A stretch of 64,000 nucleotides of DNA from Eledone cirrhosa (taxonomy: Eukaryota): the NCBI GenBank assembly GCA_964016885.1, contig OZ024741.1:273482001-273546000 (forward strand), written 5' to 3'. This document shows positions 13,470-28,309 of this stretch, in pieces. The notes under the pieces are model-generated. The model saw only the letters and a list, made by a program, of their open reading frames with translations. It did not search any database and was not told where the DNA came from. Made by a program: the position numbers and the translations under genes. Each line of letters begins with the position of its first letter. Within the stretch, counting starts at the first letter, position 1.

Positions 13470-15300
13470 GTGTCTGTATGTCACTGTGTCACCGTTATCC
13501 GACCAGATAGCGTCTGTAAAGTGTCTCTATGTCACTGTGTCACCGTTATCAGACCAGATAGTGTCTGTAAAGTGTCTGTATGTCACTATGTCACTTTTAT
13601 CAGACCAGATAGTGTCTGTAAAGTGTCTGTATGTCACTATGTCACTGTTATCAGACCAGATAGTGTCTGTAATGTGTCTGTATGTCACTATGTCACCGCT
13701 ATCAGACCAGATAGTGTCTGTAAAGTGGCTGTATTTCACTATGTCACCGCTATCAGACCAGATAGTGTCTGTAAAGTGTCTGTATGTCACTATGTCACTG
13801 TTATCAGACCAGATAGTGTCAGTAAAGTGTCTGTATATCACTATCTCACCGCCATCAGACCAGATAGTGTCTGTATGTCACTATGTCACTGTTATCAGAC
13901 CAGATAGTGTCTGTAAAGTGTCTGTATGTCACTATGTCAATGTTATCAGACCAGATAGTGTCTGTAATGTGTCTGTATGTCACTATGTCACCGCTATCAG
14001 ACCAGATAGTGTCTGTAATGTGTCTGTATGTCACTATGTCACCGCTATCAGACCAGATAGTGTCTGTAAAGTGTCTGTAGGTCACTATGTCACCGTTATC
14101 AGACTAGATAGTGTCTGGAAAGTGTCTGTAAGTCACTATGTCACCGCTATCAGACCAGATAGTGTCTGTAAAGTGTCTGTATGTCACTATGTCACTGTTA
14201 TCAGACCAGATAGTGTCTGTAAAGTGTCTGTATGTCACTGTGTCACCGTTATCAGACCAGATAGTGTCTGTAAAGTGTCTGTATGTCACTGTGTCACCGT
14301 TATCAGACCAGATAGTGTCTGGAAAGTGTCTGTAAGTCACTATGTCACCGCTATCAGACCAGATAGTGTCTGTAAAGTGTCTGTATGTTACTGTGTCACC
14401 GTTATCCGACCAGATAGCGTCTGTAAAGTGTCTCTATGTCACTGTGTCACCGTTATCAGACCAGATAGTGTCTGTAAAGTGTCTGTATGTCACTATGTCA
14501 CTTTTATCAGACCAGATAGTGTCTGTAAAGTGTCTGTATGTCACTATGTCACTGTTATCAGACCAGATAGTGTCTGTAATGTGTCTGTATGTCACTATGT
14601 CACCGCTATCAGACCAGATAGTGTCTGTAAAGTGGCTGTATTTCACTATGTCACCGCTATCAGACCAGATAGTGTCTGTAAAGTGTCTGTATGTCACTAT
14701 GTCACTGTTATCAGACCAGATAGTGTCAGTAAAGTGTCTGTATATCACTATCTCACCGCCATCAGACCAGATAGTGTCTGTATGTCACTATGTCACTGTT
14801 ATCAGACCAGATAGTGTCTGTAAAGTGTCTGTATGTCACTATGTCACTGTTATCAGACCAGATAGTGTCTGTAATGTGTCTGTATGTCACTATGTCACCG
14901 CTATCAGACCAGATAGTGTCTGTAATGTGTCTGTATGTCACTATGTCACCGCTATCAGACCAGATAGTGTCTGTAAAGTGTCTGTAGGTCACTATGTCAC
15001 CGTTATCAGACTAGATAGTGTCTGGAAAGTGTCTGTAAGTCACTATGTCACCGCTATCAGACCAGATAGTGTCTGTAAAGTGTCTGTATGTCACTATTTC
15101 ACTGTTATCAGACCAGATAGTGTCTGTAAAGTGTCTGTATGTCACTGTGTCACCGTTATCAGACCAGATAGTGTCTGTAAAGTGTCTGTATGTCACTGTG
15201 TCACCGTTATCAGACCAGATAGTGTCTGGAAAGTGTCTGTAAGTCACTATGTCACCGCTATCAGACCAGATAGTGTCTGTAAAGTGTCTGTATGTCACTA
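13470..15300 (+). repeat. Tandem duplication, period 907 bp (17x51 + 1x40)
   Basis: ORFs 13527..13841 and 14434..14748 are identical. The private variant TATCCGACCAGATAGCGTC occurs at about 13496 and 14403. Confidence 0.9.
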
Positions 15301-18300
15301 TGTCACTGTTATCAGACTAGATAGTGTCTGTAAAGTGGCTGTATGTCACTGTGTCACCGCTATCAGACCAGATAGTGTCTGTAATGTGGCTGTATGTCAC
15401 TATGTCACCGTTCTCAGACCAGATAGTGTCTGTAATGTGTCTGTATGTCACTATGTCACCGCAATCAGACCAGATAGTGTCTGTAAAGTGTCTGTATGTC
15501 ACTATGTCACCGTTATCAGACTAGATAGTGTCTGTAAAGTGTCTGTATGTCACTATGTCACTGTTATCAGACCAGATAGTGTCTGTAAAGTGTCTGTATG
15601 TCACTATGTCACTGTTATCAGTCCAGATAGTGTCTGTAACGTGTCTGTATGTCACTATGTGACCACTATCAGACCAGATAGTGTCTGTAAAGTGTCTGTA
15701 TGTCACAATGTCACTGTTATCAGACCAGATAGGGTCTGTAAAGTTTCTGTGTGTCACTATGTCACCGCTATCAGACCAGATAGTGTCTGTATGTCACAAT
15801 GTCACCGCTATCAGACCAGAGAGTGTCTTTAAAGTCTCTGCATGTCACTATGTCACTGTTATCAGACCAGATAGTGTCTGTATGTCACTATGTCACTGTT
15901 ATCAGACAAGATAGTGTCTGTAAAGTGTGTGTATGTCACTATGTCACTGTTATCAGACCAGATAGTGTCTGTAAAGTGGCTGTATGTCACTATGTCACCG
16001 TTATCAGACCAGTTAGTGTCTGTAACGTATCTGTATGTCACTATGTCACCGTTATCAGACTAGATAGTGTCTGTAAAGTGTCTGTGTGTCACTATGTCAC
16101 TGTTATCAGACAAGACAGTGTCTGTAATGTGTCTGTATGTCACTATGTCACCGCTATCAGACCAGATAGTGTCTGTATGTCACTATGTCACTGTTATCAG
16201 ACCAGATAGTGTCTGTAAAGTGTCTGTATGTCACTATGTCACTGTTATCAGACCAGATAGTGTCTGTAATGTGTCTGTATGTCACTATGTCACCGCTATC
16301 AGACCAGATAGTGTCTGTAATGTGTCTGTATGTCACTATGTCACCGCTATCAGACCAGATAGTGTCTGTAAAGTGTCTGTAGGTCACTATGTCACCGTTA
16401 TCAGACTAGATAGTGTCTGGAAAGTGTCTGTAAGTCACTATGTCACCGCTATCAGACCAGATAGTGTCTGTAAAGTGTCTGTATGTCACTATGTCACTGT
16501 TATCAGACCAGATAGTGTCTGTAAAGTGTCTGTATGTCACTGTGTCACCGTTATCAGACCAGATGGTGTCTGTAAAGTGTCTGTATGTCACTGTTTCACC
16601 GTTATCAGACCAGATAGTGTCTGTAAAGTGTCTGTATGTCACTATGTCACCGCTATCAGACCAGATAGTGTCTGTAAAGTGTCTGTATGTCACTATGTCA
16701 CTGTTATCAGACCAGATAGTGTCTGTAACGTGTCTGTATGTCACTATATGACCACTATCAGACCAGATAGTGTCTGTAAAGTGTCTGTATGTCACTATGT
16801 CACCGCTATCAGACCAGATAGTGTCTGTAAAGTGTCTGTATGTCACTATATGACCGCTATCAGACCAGATAGTGTCTGTATGACAATATGTCACCGCTAT
16901 CAGACCAGATAGTGTCTGTAATGTGTCTGTATGTCACTATGTCACTGTTATCAGACCAGATAGTGTCTGTAAAATGTCTGTATGTCACTATGTCACCGCT
17001 ATCAGTCCAGATAGTGTCTGAAAAGTGTCTGTATGTCACTATGTCACTGTCATCAGACCAGATAGTGTCTGTAAAGTGTCTGTATGTCACTATGTCACCG
17101 CTATCAGACCAGACAGTGTCTGTAAAGTGTCTGTATGTCACTATGTCACCGCTATCAGACCAGATGGTGTCTGTAATGTGTCTGTATGTCACTATGTCAC
17201 CGCTATCAGACCAGATAGTGTCTGTAAAGTGTCTGAATGTCACTATGTCACCGCTATCTGACCAGATAGTGTCTGTAAAGTGTCTGTATGTCACTGTGTC
17301 ACCGCTATCAGACCAGATAGTGTCTGTGTGTCACTATGTCACTGTTATCAGACCAGATAGTGTCTGTAAAGTGTCTGTATGTCACTATGTCACTATTATC
17401 AGACCAGATAGTGTCTGTAAAGTGTCTGTATGTGACTATGTCACCGCTATCAGACCAGATAGTGTCTGTATGTCACTATGTCACCCCTATGAGACCAGAT
17501 AGTGTCTGTAAAGTGTCTGTGTATCACTATGTCACCGCTATCAGACCAGATAGTGTCTGTAAAGTGTCTGTATGTCACTATGTCACCGCTATCAGACCAG
17601 ATAGTGTCTGTAAAGTGTCTGTATGTCACTATGTCACCGCTATCAGACCAGATAGTGTCTGTATGTCACTATGTCACGGCTATCAGACTAGATAGTGTCT
17701 GTAAAGTGTCTGTATGTCACTATGTCACTGTTATCAGACCAGATAGTGTCTGTAAAGTGTCTGTATGTCACTATGTCACTGTTATCAGACCAGATAGTGT
17801 CTGTAAAGTGTCTGTATGTCACTATGTCACTGTTATCAGACTAGATAGTGTCTGTAAAGTTTCTGTATGTCATTATGTCACTGTTATCAGACCAGATAGT
17901 GTCTGTAATGTGTCTGTATGTCACTATGTCACCGCTATCAGACCAGATAGTGTCTGTATGTCACTATGTCACCGCTATCAGACCAGATAGTGTCTGTATG
18001 TCACTATGTCGCCGCTATCGGACCAGATAATGTCTGCAATGTGGCTGTATGTCACTATGTCACTGTTATCAGACCAGATAGTGTCTGTAAAGTGTCTGTA
18101 TGTCACTATGTCACTGTTATCAGACTAGATAGTGTCTGTAAAGTTTCTGTATGTCACTATGTCACTGTTATCAGACCAGATAGTGTCTGTAATGTGTCTG
18201 TATGTCACTATGTCACCGCTATCAGACCAGATAGTGTCTGTATGTCACTATGTCACGGCTATCAGAACAGATAGTGTCTGTAAAGTGTCTGTATGTCACT

Positions 18301-19550
18301 ATGTCACTGTTATCAGACCAGATAGTGTCTGTAAAGTGTCTGTATGTCACTATGTCACTGTTATCAGACCAGATAGTGTCTGTAAAGTGTCTGTATGTCA
18401 CTATGTCACCGTTATCAGACCAGATAGTGTCTGTAAAATGTCTGTATGTCACTATGTCACTGTTATCAGACCAGATAGTGTCTGTAAAGTGTCTGTGTGT
18501 CACTATGTCACCACTATCAGACCAGATAGTGTCTGTAAAGTGTCTATATGTCACTATGTCACCGCTATCAGACCAGATAGTATCTGTAAAGTCTCTGTAT
18601 GTCACTATGTCACTGTTATCAGACCAGATAGTGTCTTTAAAGTGTCTGTATGTCACTATGTCACCGTTATCAGACCAGATAGTGTCTGTAAAGTGTCTGT
18701 ATGTCACTATGTCACCGTTATCAGACTAGATAGTGTCTGTAAAGTGTCTGTATATCACTATGTCATCGCTATCAGACCAGATAGTGTCTGTAAAGTGCCT
18801 GTATGTCACTATGTCACTGTTATCAGACCAGATAGTGTCTGTAAAGTGTCTGTATGTCACTGTGTCACCGTTATCCGACCAGATAGTGTCTGTAAAGTGT
18901 CTGTGTGTCACTGTGTCACCGTTATCAGACCAGATAGTGTCTGTAAAGTGTCTGTATGTCACTTTGTCACTTTTATCAGACCAGATAGTGTCTGTAAAGT
19001 GTCTGTATGTCACTATGTCACTGTTATCAGACCAGATAGTGTCTGTAATGTGTCTGTATGTCACTATGTCACCGCTATCAGACCAGATAGTGTCTGTAAA
19101 GTGGCTGTATTTCACTATGTCACCGCTATCAGACCAGATAGTGTCTGTAAAGTGTCTGTATGTCACTATGTCACTGTTATCAGACCAGATAGTGTCAGTA
19201 AAGTGTCTGTATATCACTATCTCACCGCCATCAGACCAGATAGTGTCTGTATGTCACTATGTCACTGTTATCAGACCAGATAGTGTTTGTAATGTGTCTG
19301 TATGTCACTATGTCACCGCTATCAGATCAGATAGTGCCTGTAATGTGTCTGTATGTCACTATGTCACCGCTATCAGACCAGATAGTGTCTGTAAAGTGTC
19401 TGTATGTCACTATGTCACCGTTATCAGACCAGATAGTGTCTGTAAAGTGGCTGTATGTCACTGTGTCACCGCTATCAGACCAGATAGTGTCTGTAATGTG
19501 GCTGTATGTCACTATGTCACCGTTATCAGACCAGATAGTGTCTGTAATGT

Positions 19551-22500
19551 GTCTGTATGTCACTATGTCACCGCAATCAGACCAGATAGTGCCTGTAAAG
19601 TGTCTGTATGTCACTATGTCACCGTTATCAGACTAGATAGTGTCTGGAAAGTGTCTGTATGTCACTATGTCACTGTTATCAGACCAGATGGTGTCTGTAA
19701 AGTGTCTGTATGTCACTATGTCACTGTTATCAGACCAGATAGTGTCTGTAACGTGTCTGTATGTCACTATGTGACCACTATCAGACCAGATAGTGTCTGT
19801 AAAGTGTCTGTATGTCACAATGTCACTGTTATCAGACCAGATAGGGTCTGTAAAGTGTCTGTATGTCACTATGTCACTGTTATCAGACCAGATAGTGTCA
19901 GTAAAGTGTCTGTATATCACTATCGCACCGCCATCAGACCAGATAGTGTCTGTATGTCACTATGTCACTGTTATCAGACCAGATAGTGTCTGTAAAGTGT
20001 CTGTATGTCACTATGTCACTGTTATCAGACCAGATAGTGTCTGTAATGTGTCTGTATGTCACTATGTCACCGCTATCAGACCAGATAGTGTCTGTAATGT
20101 GTCTGTATGTCACTATGTCACCGCTATCAGACCAGATAGTGTCTGTAAAGTGTCTGTAGGTCACTATGTCACCGTTATCAGACTAGATAGTGTCTGGAAA
20201 GTGTCTGTAAGTCACTATGTCACCGCTATCAGAGCAGATAGTGTCTGTAAAGTGTCTGTATGTCACTATGTCACTGTTATCAGACCAGATAGTGTCTGTA
20301 AAGTGTCTGTATGTCACTGTGTCACCGTTATCAGACCAGATAGTGTCTGTAAAGTGTCTGTATGTCACTGTGTCACCGTTATCAGACCAGATAGTGTCTG
20401 GAAAGTGTCTGTAAGTCACTATGTCACCGCTATCAGACCAGATAGTGTCTGTAAAGTGTCTGTATGTAACTATGTCACTGTTATCAGACCTGAAGTGTCT
20501 GTAAAGTGTCTGTGTGTCACTATGTCACCGCTATCAGACCAGATAGTGTCTGTATGTCACAATGTCACCACTATCAGACCAGATAGTGTCTGTAACGTGT
20601 CTGTATGTCACTATGTCACTGTTATCAGACCAGATAGTGTCTGTAAAGTGTCTGTGTGTCACTATGTCACTGTTATCAGACCAGATAGTGTCTGTAAAGT
20701 GTCTGTGTGTCACTAAGTCACCGCTATCAGACCAGATAGTGTCTGTATGTCACAATGTCACCACTATCAGACCAGATAGTGTCTGTAACGTGTCTGTATG
20801 TCACTATGTGACCACTATCAGATCAGATAGTGTCTGTAAAATCTCTGCATGTCACTATGTCACTCTTATCAGACCAGATAGTGTCTGTAAAGTGTCTGTA
20901 TGTCACTATGTCACTGTTATCAGACAAGACAGTGTCTGTAATGTGTCTGTATGTCACTATGTCACCGCTATCAGACTAGATAGTGTCTGTATGTCACTAT
21001 GTCACTGTTATCAGACCAGATAGTGTCTGTAAAGTGTCTGTATGTCACTGTGTCACTGTTATCAGACCAGATAGTGTCTGTAAAGTGTGTGTATGTCACT
21101 ATGTCACTGTTATCAGACCAGATAGTGTCTGTATGAAACTATGTCAACGCTATCAGACCAGATAGTGTCTGTAAAGTGTCTGTATGTCACTATGTCACTG
21201 TTATCAGACCAGATAGTGTCTGTAAAGTGTCTGTATGTCACTATGTCACCGCTAGCAGACCAGATAGTGTCTGTAAAGTGTCTGTATGTCACTATATCAC
21301 CGCTATCAGACCAGATAGTGTCTGTAAAGTGTCTGTATGTCACTATGTCACCGCTAGCAGACCAGATAGTGTCTGTAAAGTGTCTGTATGTCACTATGTC
21401 ACCGCTATCAGACCAGATAGTGTCTGTAAAGTGTCTGTATGTCACTATATGACCGCTATCAGACCAGATAGTGTCTGTATGACACTATGTCACCGCTATC
21501 AGACCAGATAGTGTCTGTAAAGTGTCTGTATGTCACTATGTCACTGTTATCAGACAAGATAGTGTCTGTAATGTGTCTGTATGTCACTATGTCACCGCTA
21601 TCAGTCCAGATAGTGTCTGAAAAGTGTCTATATGTCACTATGTCACTGTCATCAGACCAGATAGTGTCTGTAAAGTGTCTGTATGTCACTATGTCACCGC
21701 TATCAGACCAGACAGTGTCTGTAAAGTGTCTGTATGTCACTATGTCACCGCTATCAGACCAGATGGTGTCTGTAATGTGTCTGTATGTCACTATGTCACC
21801 GCTATCAGACCAGATAGTGTCTGTAAAGTGTCTGAATGTCACTATGTCACCGCTATCTGACCAGATAGTGTCTGTAAAGTGTCTGTATGTCACTGTGTCA
21901 CCGCTATCAGACCAGATAGTGTCTGTATGTCACTATGTCACCGCAATCAGACCAGATAGTGCCTGTAAAGTGTCTGTATGTCACTATGTCACCGTTATCA
22001 GACTAGATAGTGTCTGGAAAGTGTCTGTATGTCACTATGTCACTGTTATCAGACCAGATGGTGTCTGTAAAGTGTCTGTATGTCACTATGTCACTGTTAT
22101 CAGACCAGATAGTGTCTGTAACGTGTCTGTATGTCACTATGTGACCACTATCAGACCAGATAGTGTCTGTAAAGTGTCTGTATGTCACAATGTCACTGTT
22201 ATCAGACCAGATAGGGTCTGTAAAGTGTCTGTATGTCACTATGTCACTGTTATCAGACCAGATAGTGTCAGTAAAGTGTCTGTATATCACTATCGCACCG
22301 CCATCAGACCAGATAGTGTCTGTATGTCACTATGTCACTGTTATCAGACCAGATAGTGTCTGTAAAGTGTCTGTATGTCACTATGTCACTGTTATCAGAC
22401 CAGATAGTGTCTGTAATGTGTCTGTATGTCACTATGTCACCGCTATCAGACCAGATAGTGTCTGTAATGTGTCTGTATGTCACTATGTCACCGCTATCAG

Positions 22501-23503
22501 ACCAGATAGTGTCTGTAAAGTGTCTGTAGGTCACTATGTCACCGTTATCAGACTAGATAGTGTCTGGAAAGTGTCTGTAAGTCACTATGTCACCGCTATC
22601 AGACCAGATAGTGTCTGTAAAGTGTCTGTATGTCACTATGTCACTGTTATCAGACCAGATAGTGTCTGTAAAGTGTCTGTATGTCACTGTGTCACCGTTA
22701 TCAGACCAGATAGTGTCTGTAAAGTGTCTGTATGTCACTGTGTCACCGTTATCAGACCAGATAGTGTCTGGAAAGTGTCTGTAAGTCACTATGTCACCGC
22801 TATCAGACCAGATAGTGTCTGTAAAGTGTCTGTATGTCACTATGTCACTGTTATCAGACCAGAAGTGTCTGTAAAGTGTCTGTGTGTCACTATGTCACCG
22901 CTATCAGACCAGATTGTGTCTGTATGTCACAATGTCACCACTATCAGACCAGATAGTGTCTGTAACGTGTCTGTATGTCACTATGTCACTGTTATCAGAC
23001 CAGATAGTGTCTGTAAAGTGTCTGTGTGTCACTATGTCACTGTTATCAGACCAGATAGTGTCTGTAAAGTGTCTGTGTGTCACTAAGTCACCGCTATCAG
23101 ACCAGATAGTGTCTGTATGTCACAATGTCACCACTATCAGACCAGATAGTGTCTGTAACGTGTCTGTATGTCACTATGTGACCACTATCAGATCAGATAG
23201 TGTCTGTAAAATCTCTGCATGTCACTATGTCACTCTTATCAGACCAGATAGTGTCTGTAAAGTGTCTGTATGTCACTATGTCACTGTTATCAGACAAGAC
23301 AGTGTCTGTAATGTGTCTGTATGTCACAATGTCACCGCTATCAGACTAGATAGTGTCTGTATGTCACTATGTCACTGTTATCAGACCAGATAGTGTCTGT
23401 AAAGTGTCTGTATGTCACTGTGTCACTGTTATCAGACCAGATAGTGTCTGTAAAGTGTGTGTATGTCACTATGTCACTGTTATCAGACCAGATAGTGTCT
23501 GTA
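19551..23503 (+). repeat. Direct duplication of about 1.58 kb (19551-21133 and 21921-23503, offset 2370) flanking a block copied from elsewhere in the array
   Basis: ORF pairs 19633/22003, 19793/22163 and 19934/22304 all have offset 2370. The intervening 21134-21920 carries the GAAACT, GCTAGC and TCTGAAAAG variants also seen at about 8860-9590. Confidence 0.85.
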
Positions 23504-26060
23504 AAATGGCTGTATGTCACTATGTCACTGTTATCAGACCAGATAGTGTCTGTAAAGTGGCTGTATGTCACTATGTCACCGCTATCAGACCAGATAGTGT
23601 CTGTAAAGTGGTGTATGTCACTATGTCACTGTTATCAGACCAGATAGTGTCTGTAAAGTGGCTGTATGTCACTATGTCACTGTTATCAGACCAGATAGTG
23701 TCTGTAAAGTGGCTGTATGTCACTATGTCACCCCTATGAGACCAGATGGTGTCTGTAAAGTGTCTGTATGTCACTATGTCACCGCTATCAGACCAGATAG
23801 TGTCTGTATGTCACTATGTCACTGCTATCAGACCAGATAGTGTCTGTAAAATGTCTGTATGTCACTATGTCACCGCTATCAGTCCAGATAGTGTCTGAAA
23901 AGTGTCTGTATGTCACTATGTCACTGTCATCAGACCAGATAGTGTCTGTAAAGTGTCTGTATGTCACTATGTCACCGCTATCAGACCAGACAGTGTCTGT
24001 AAAGTGTCTGTATGTCACTATGTCACCGCTATCAGACCAGATGGTGTCTGTAATGTGTCTGTATGTCACTATGTCACCGCTATCAGACCAGATAGTGTCT
24101 GTAAAGTGTCTGAATGTCACTATGTCACCGCTATCTGACCAGATAGTGTCTGTAAAGTGTCTGTATGTCACTGTGTCACCGCTATCAGACCAGATAGTGT
24201 CTGTGTGTCACTATGTCACTGTTATCAGACTAGATAGTGTCTGTAATGTGTCTGTATGTCACTATGTCACCGCTATCAGACCAGATAGTGTCTGTAATGT
24301 GTCTGTATGTCACTATGTCACCGCTATCAGACCAGATAGTGTCTGTAAAGTGTCTGTAGGTCACTATGTCACCGTTATCAGACTAGATAGTGTCTGGAAA
24401 GTGTCTGTAAGTCACTATGTCACCGCTATCAGACCAGATAGTGTCTGTAAAGTGTCTGTATGTCACTATGTCACTGTTATCAGACCAGATAGTGTCTGTA
24501 AAGTGTCTGTATGTCACTGTGTCACCGTTATCAGACCAGATAGTGTCTGTAAAGTGTCTGTATGTCACTGTGTCACCGTTATCAGACCAGATAGTGTCTG
24601 GAAAGTGTCTGTAAGTCACTATGTCACCGCTATCAGACCAGATAGTGTCTGTAAAGTGTCTGTATGTCACTATGTCACTGTTATCAGACCAGAAGTGTCT
24701 GTAAAGTGTCTGTGTGTCACTATGTCACCGCTATCAGACCAGATTGTGTCTGTATGTCACAATGTCACCACTATCAGACCAGATAGTGTCTGTAACGTGT
24801 CTGTATGTCACTATGTCACTGTTATCAGACCAGATAGTGTCTGTAAAGTGTCTGTGTGTCACTATGTCACTGTTATCAGACCAGATAGTGTCTGTAAAGT
24901 GTCTGTGTGTCACTAAGTCACCGCTATCAGACCAGATAGTGTCTGTATGTCACAATGTCACCACTATCAGACCAGATAGTGTCTGTAACGTCTCTGTATG
25001 TCACTATGTGACCACTATCAGATCAGATAGTGTCTGTAAAATCTCTGCATGTCACTATGTCACTCTTATCAGACCAGATAGTGTCTGTAAAGTGTCTGTA
25101 TGTCACTATGTCACTGTTATCAGACAAGACAGTGTCTGTAATGTGTCTGTATGTCACAATGTCACCGCTATCAGACTAGATAGTGTCTGTATGTCACTAT
25201 GTCACTGTTATCAGACCAGATAGTGTCTGTAAAGTGTCTGTATGTCACTGTGTCACTGTTATCAGACCAGATAGTGTCTGTAAAGTGTGTGTATGTCACT
25301 ATGTCACTGTTATCAGACCAGATAGTGTCTGTAAAATGGCTGTATGTCACTATGTCACTGTTATCAGACCAGATAGTGTCTGTAAAGTGGCTGTATGTCA
25401 CTATGTCACCGCTATCAGACCAGATAGTGTCTGTAAAGTGGTGTATGTCACTATGTCACTGTTATCAGACCAGATAGTGTCTGTAAAGTGGCTGTATGTC
25501 ACTATGTCACTGTTATCAGACCAGATAGTGTCTGTAAAGTGGCTGTATGTCACTATGTCACCCCTATGAGACCAGATGGTGTCTGTAAAGTGTCTGTATG
25601 TCACTATGTCACCGCTATCAGACCAGATAGTGTCTGTATGTCACTATGTCACTGCTATCAGACCAGATAGTGTCTGTAAAATGTCTGTATGTCACTATGT
25701 CACCGCTATCAGTCCAGATAGTGTCTGAAAAGTGTCTGTATGTCACTATGTCACTGTCATCAGACCAGATAGTGTCTGTAAAGTGTCTGTATGTCACTAT
25801 GTCACCGCTATCAGACCAGACAGTGTCTGTAAAGTGTCTGTATGTCACTATGTCACCGCTATCAGACCAGATGGTGTCTGTAATGTGTCTGTATGTCACT
25901 ATGTCACCGCTATCAGACCAGATAGTGTCTGTAAAGTGTCCGAATGTCACTATGTCACCGCTATCTGACCAGATAGTGTCTGTAAAGTGTCTGTATGTCA
26001 CTGTGTCACCGCTATCAGACCAGATAGTGTCTGTGTGTCACTATGTCACTGTTATCAGAC
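22402..26060 (+). repeat. Tandem duplication, period 1830 bp (30x51 + 5x40 + 2x50)
   Basis: ORF pairs 22884/24714, 23341/25171 and 23788/25618 have offset 1830. The variant AGATTGTGTC is shared at 22911 and 24741. Confidence 0.9.
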
Positions 26061-28309
26061 CAGATAGTGTCTGTAAAGTGTCTGTATGTCACTATGTCAC
26101 TGTTATCAGACCAGATAGTGTCTGTAAAGTGTCTGTATGTGACTATGTCACCGCTATCAGACCAGATAGTGTCTGTATGTCACTATGTCACCCCTATGAG
26201 ACCAGATAGTGTCTGTAAAGTGTCTGTGTATCACTATGTCACCGCTATCAGACCAGATAGTGTCTGTAAAGTGTCTGTATGTCACTATGTCACCGCTATC
26301 AGACCAGATAGTGTCTGTAAAGTGTCTGTATGTCACTATGTCACCGCTATCAGACCAGATAGTGTCTGTAAAGTGTCTGTATGTCACAATGTCACTGTTA
26401 TCAGACCAGATAGTGTCTGTAAAGTGTCTGTATGTCACTGTGTCACCGTTATCAGACCAGATAGTGTCTGGAAAGTGTCTGTAAGTCACTATGTCACCGC
26501 TATCAGACCAGATAGTGTCTGTAAAGTGTCTGTATGTCACTATGTCACTGTTATCAGACCAGAAGTGTCTGTAAAGTGTCTGTGTGTCACTATGTCACCG
26601 CTATCAGACCAGATTGTGTCTGTATGTCACAATGTCACCACTATCAGACCAGATAGTGTCTGTAACGTGTCTGTATGTCACTATGTCACTGTTATCAGAC
26701 CAGATAGTGTCTGTAAAGTGTCTGTGTGTCACTATGTCACTGTTATCAGACCAGATAGTGTCTGTAAAGTGTCTGTGTGTCACTAAGTCACCGCTATCAG
26801 ACCAGATAGTGTCTGTATGTCACAATGTCACCACTATCAGACCAGATAGTGTCTGTAACGTCTCTGTATGTCACTATGTGACCACTATCAGATCAGATAG
26901 TGTCTGTAAAATCTCTGCATGTCACTATGTCACTCTTATCAGACCAGATAGTGTCTGTAAAGTGTCTGTATGTCACTATGTCACTGTTATCAGACAAGAC
27001 AGTGTCTGTAATGTGTCTGTATGTCACAATGTCACCGCTATCAGACTAGATAGTGTCTGTATGTCACTATGTCACTGTTATCAGACCAGATAGTGTCTGT
27101 AAAGTGTCTGTATGTCACTGTGTCACTGTTATCAGACCAGATAGTGTCTGTAAAGTGTGTGTATGTCACTATGTCACTGTTATCAGACCAGATAGTGTCT
27201 GTAAAATGGCTGTATGTCACTATGTCACTGTTATCAGACCAGATAGTGTCTGTAAAGTGGCTGTATGTCACTATGTCACCGCTATCAGACCAGATAGTGT
27301 CTGTAAAGTGGTGTATGTCACTATGTCACTGTTATCAGACCAGATAGTGTCTGTAAAGTGGCTGTATGTCACTATGTCACTGTTATCAGACCAGATAGTG
27401 TCTGTAAAGTGGCTGTATGTCACTATGTCACCCCTATGAGACCAGATGGTGTCTGTAAAGTGTCTGTATGTCACTATGTCACCGCTATCAGACCAGATAG
27501 TGTCTGTATGTCACTATGTCACTGCTATCAGACCAGATAGTGTCTGTAAAATGTCTGTATGTCACTATGTCACCGCTATCAGTCCAGATAGTGTCTGAAA
27601 AGTGTCTGTATGTCACTATGTCACTGTCATCAGACCAGATAGTGTCTGTAAAGTGTCTGTATGTCACTATGTCACCGCTATCAGACCAGACAGTGTCTGT
27701 AAAGTGTCTGTATGTCACTATGTCACCGCTATCAGACCAGATGGTGTCTGTAATGTGTCTGTATGTCACTATGTCACCGCTATCAGACCAGATAGTGTCT
27801 GTAAAGTGTCCGAATGTCACTATGTCACCGCTATCTGACCAGATAGTGTCTGTAAAGTGTCTGTATGTCACTGTGTCACCGCTATCAGACCAGATAGTGT
27901 CTGTGTGTCACTATGTCACTGTTATCAGACCAGATAGTGTCTGTAAAGTGTCTGTATGTCACTATGTCACTGTTATCAGACCAGATAGTGTCTGTAAAGT
28001 GTCTGTATGTGACTATGTCACCGCTATCAGACCAGATAGTGTCTGTATGTCACTATGTCACCCCTATGAGACCAGATAGTGTCTGTAAAGTGTCTGTGTA
28101 TCACTATGTCACCGCTATCAGACCAGATAGTGTCTGTAAAGTGTCTGTATGTCACTATGTCACCGCTATCAGACCAGATAGTGTCTGTAAAGTGTCTGTA
28201 TGTCACTATGTCACCGCTATCAGACCAGATAGTGTCTGTAAAGTGTCTGTATGTCACAATGTCACTGTTATCAGACCAGATAGTGTCTGTAAAGTGTCTG
28301 TATGTCACT
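24527..28309 (+). repeat. Tandem duplication, period 1870 bp (30x51 + 6x40 + 2x50), overlapping the 1830-bp duplication
   Basis: ORF pairs 24714/26584, 25646/27516 and 26043/27913 have offset 1870. Private SNPs AACGTCTCTG (about 24987 and 26857) and GTCCGAATG (about 25938 and 27808) are shared and are absent from the copy at 22.4-24.2 kb. Confidence 0.9.
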
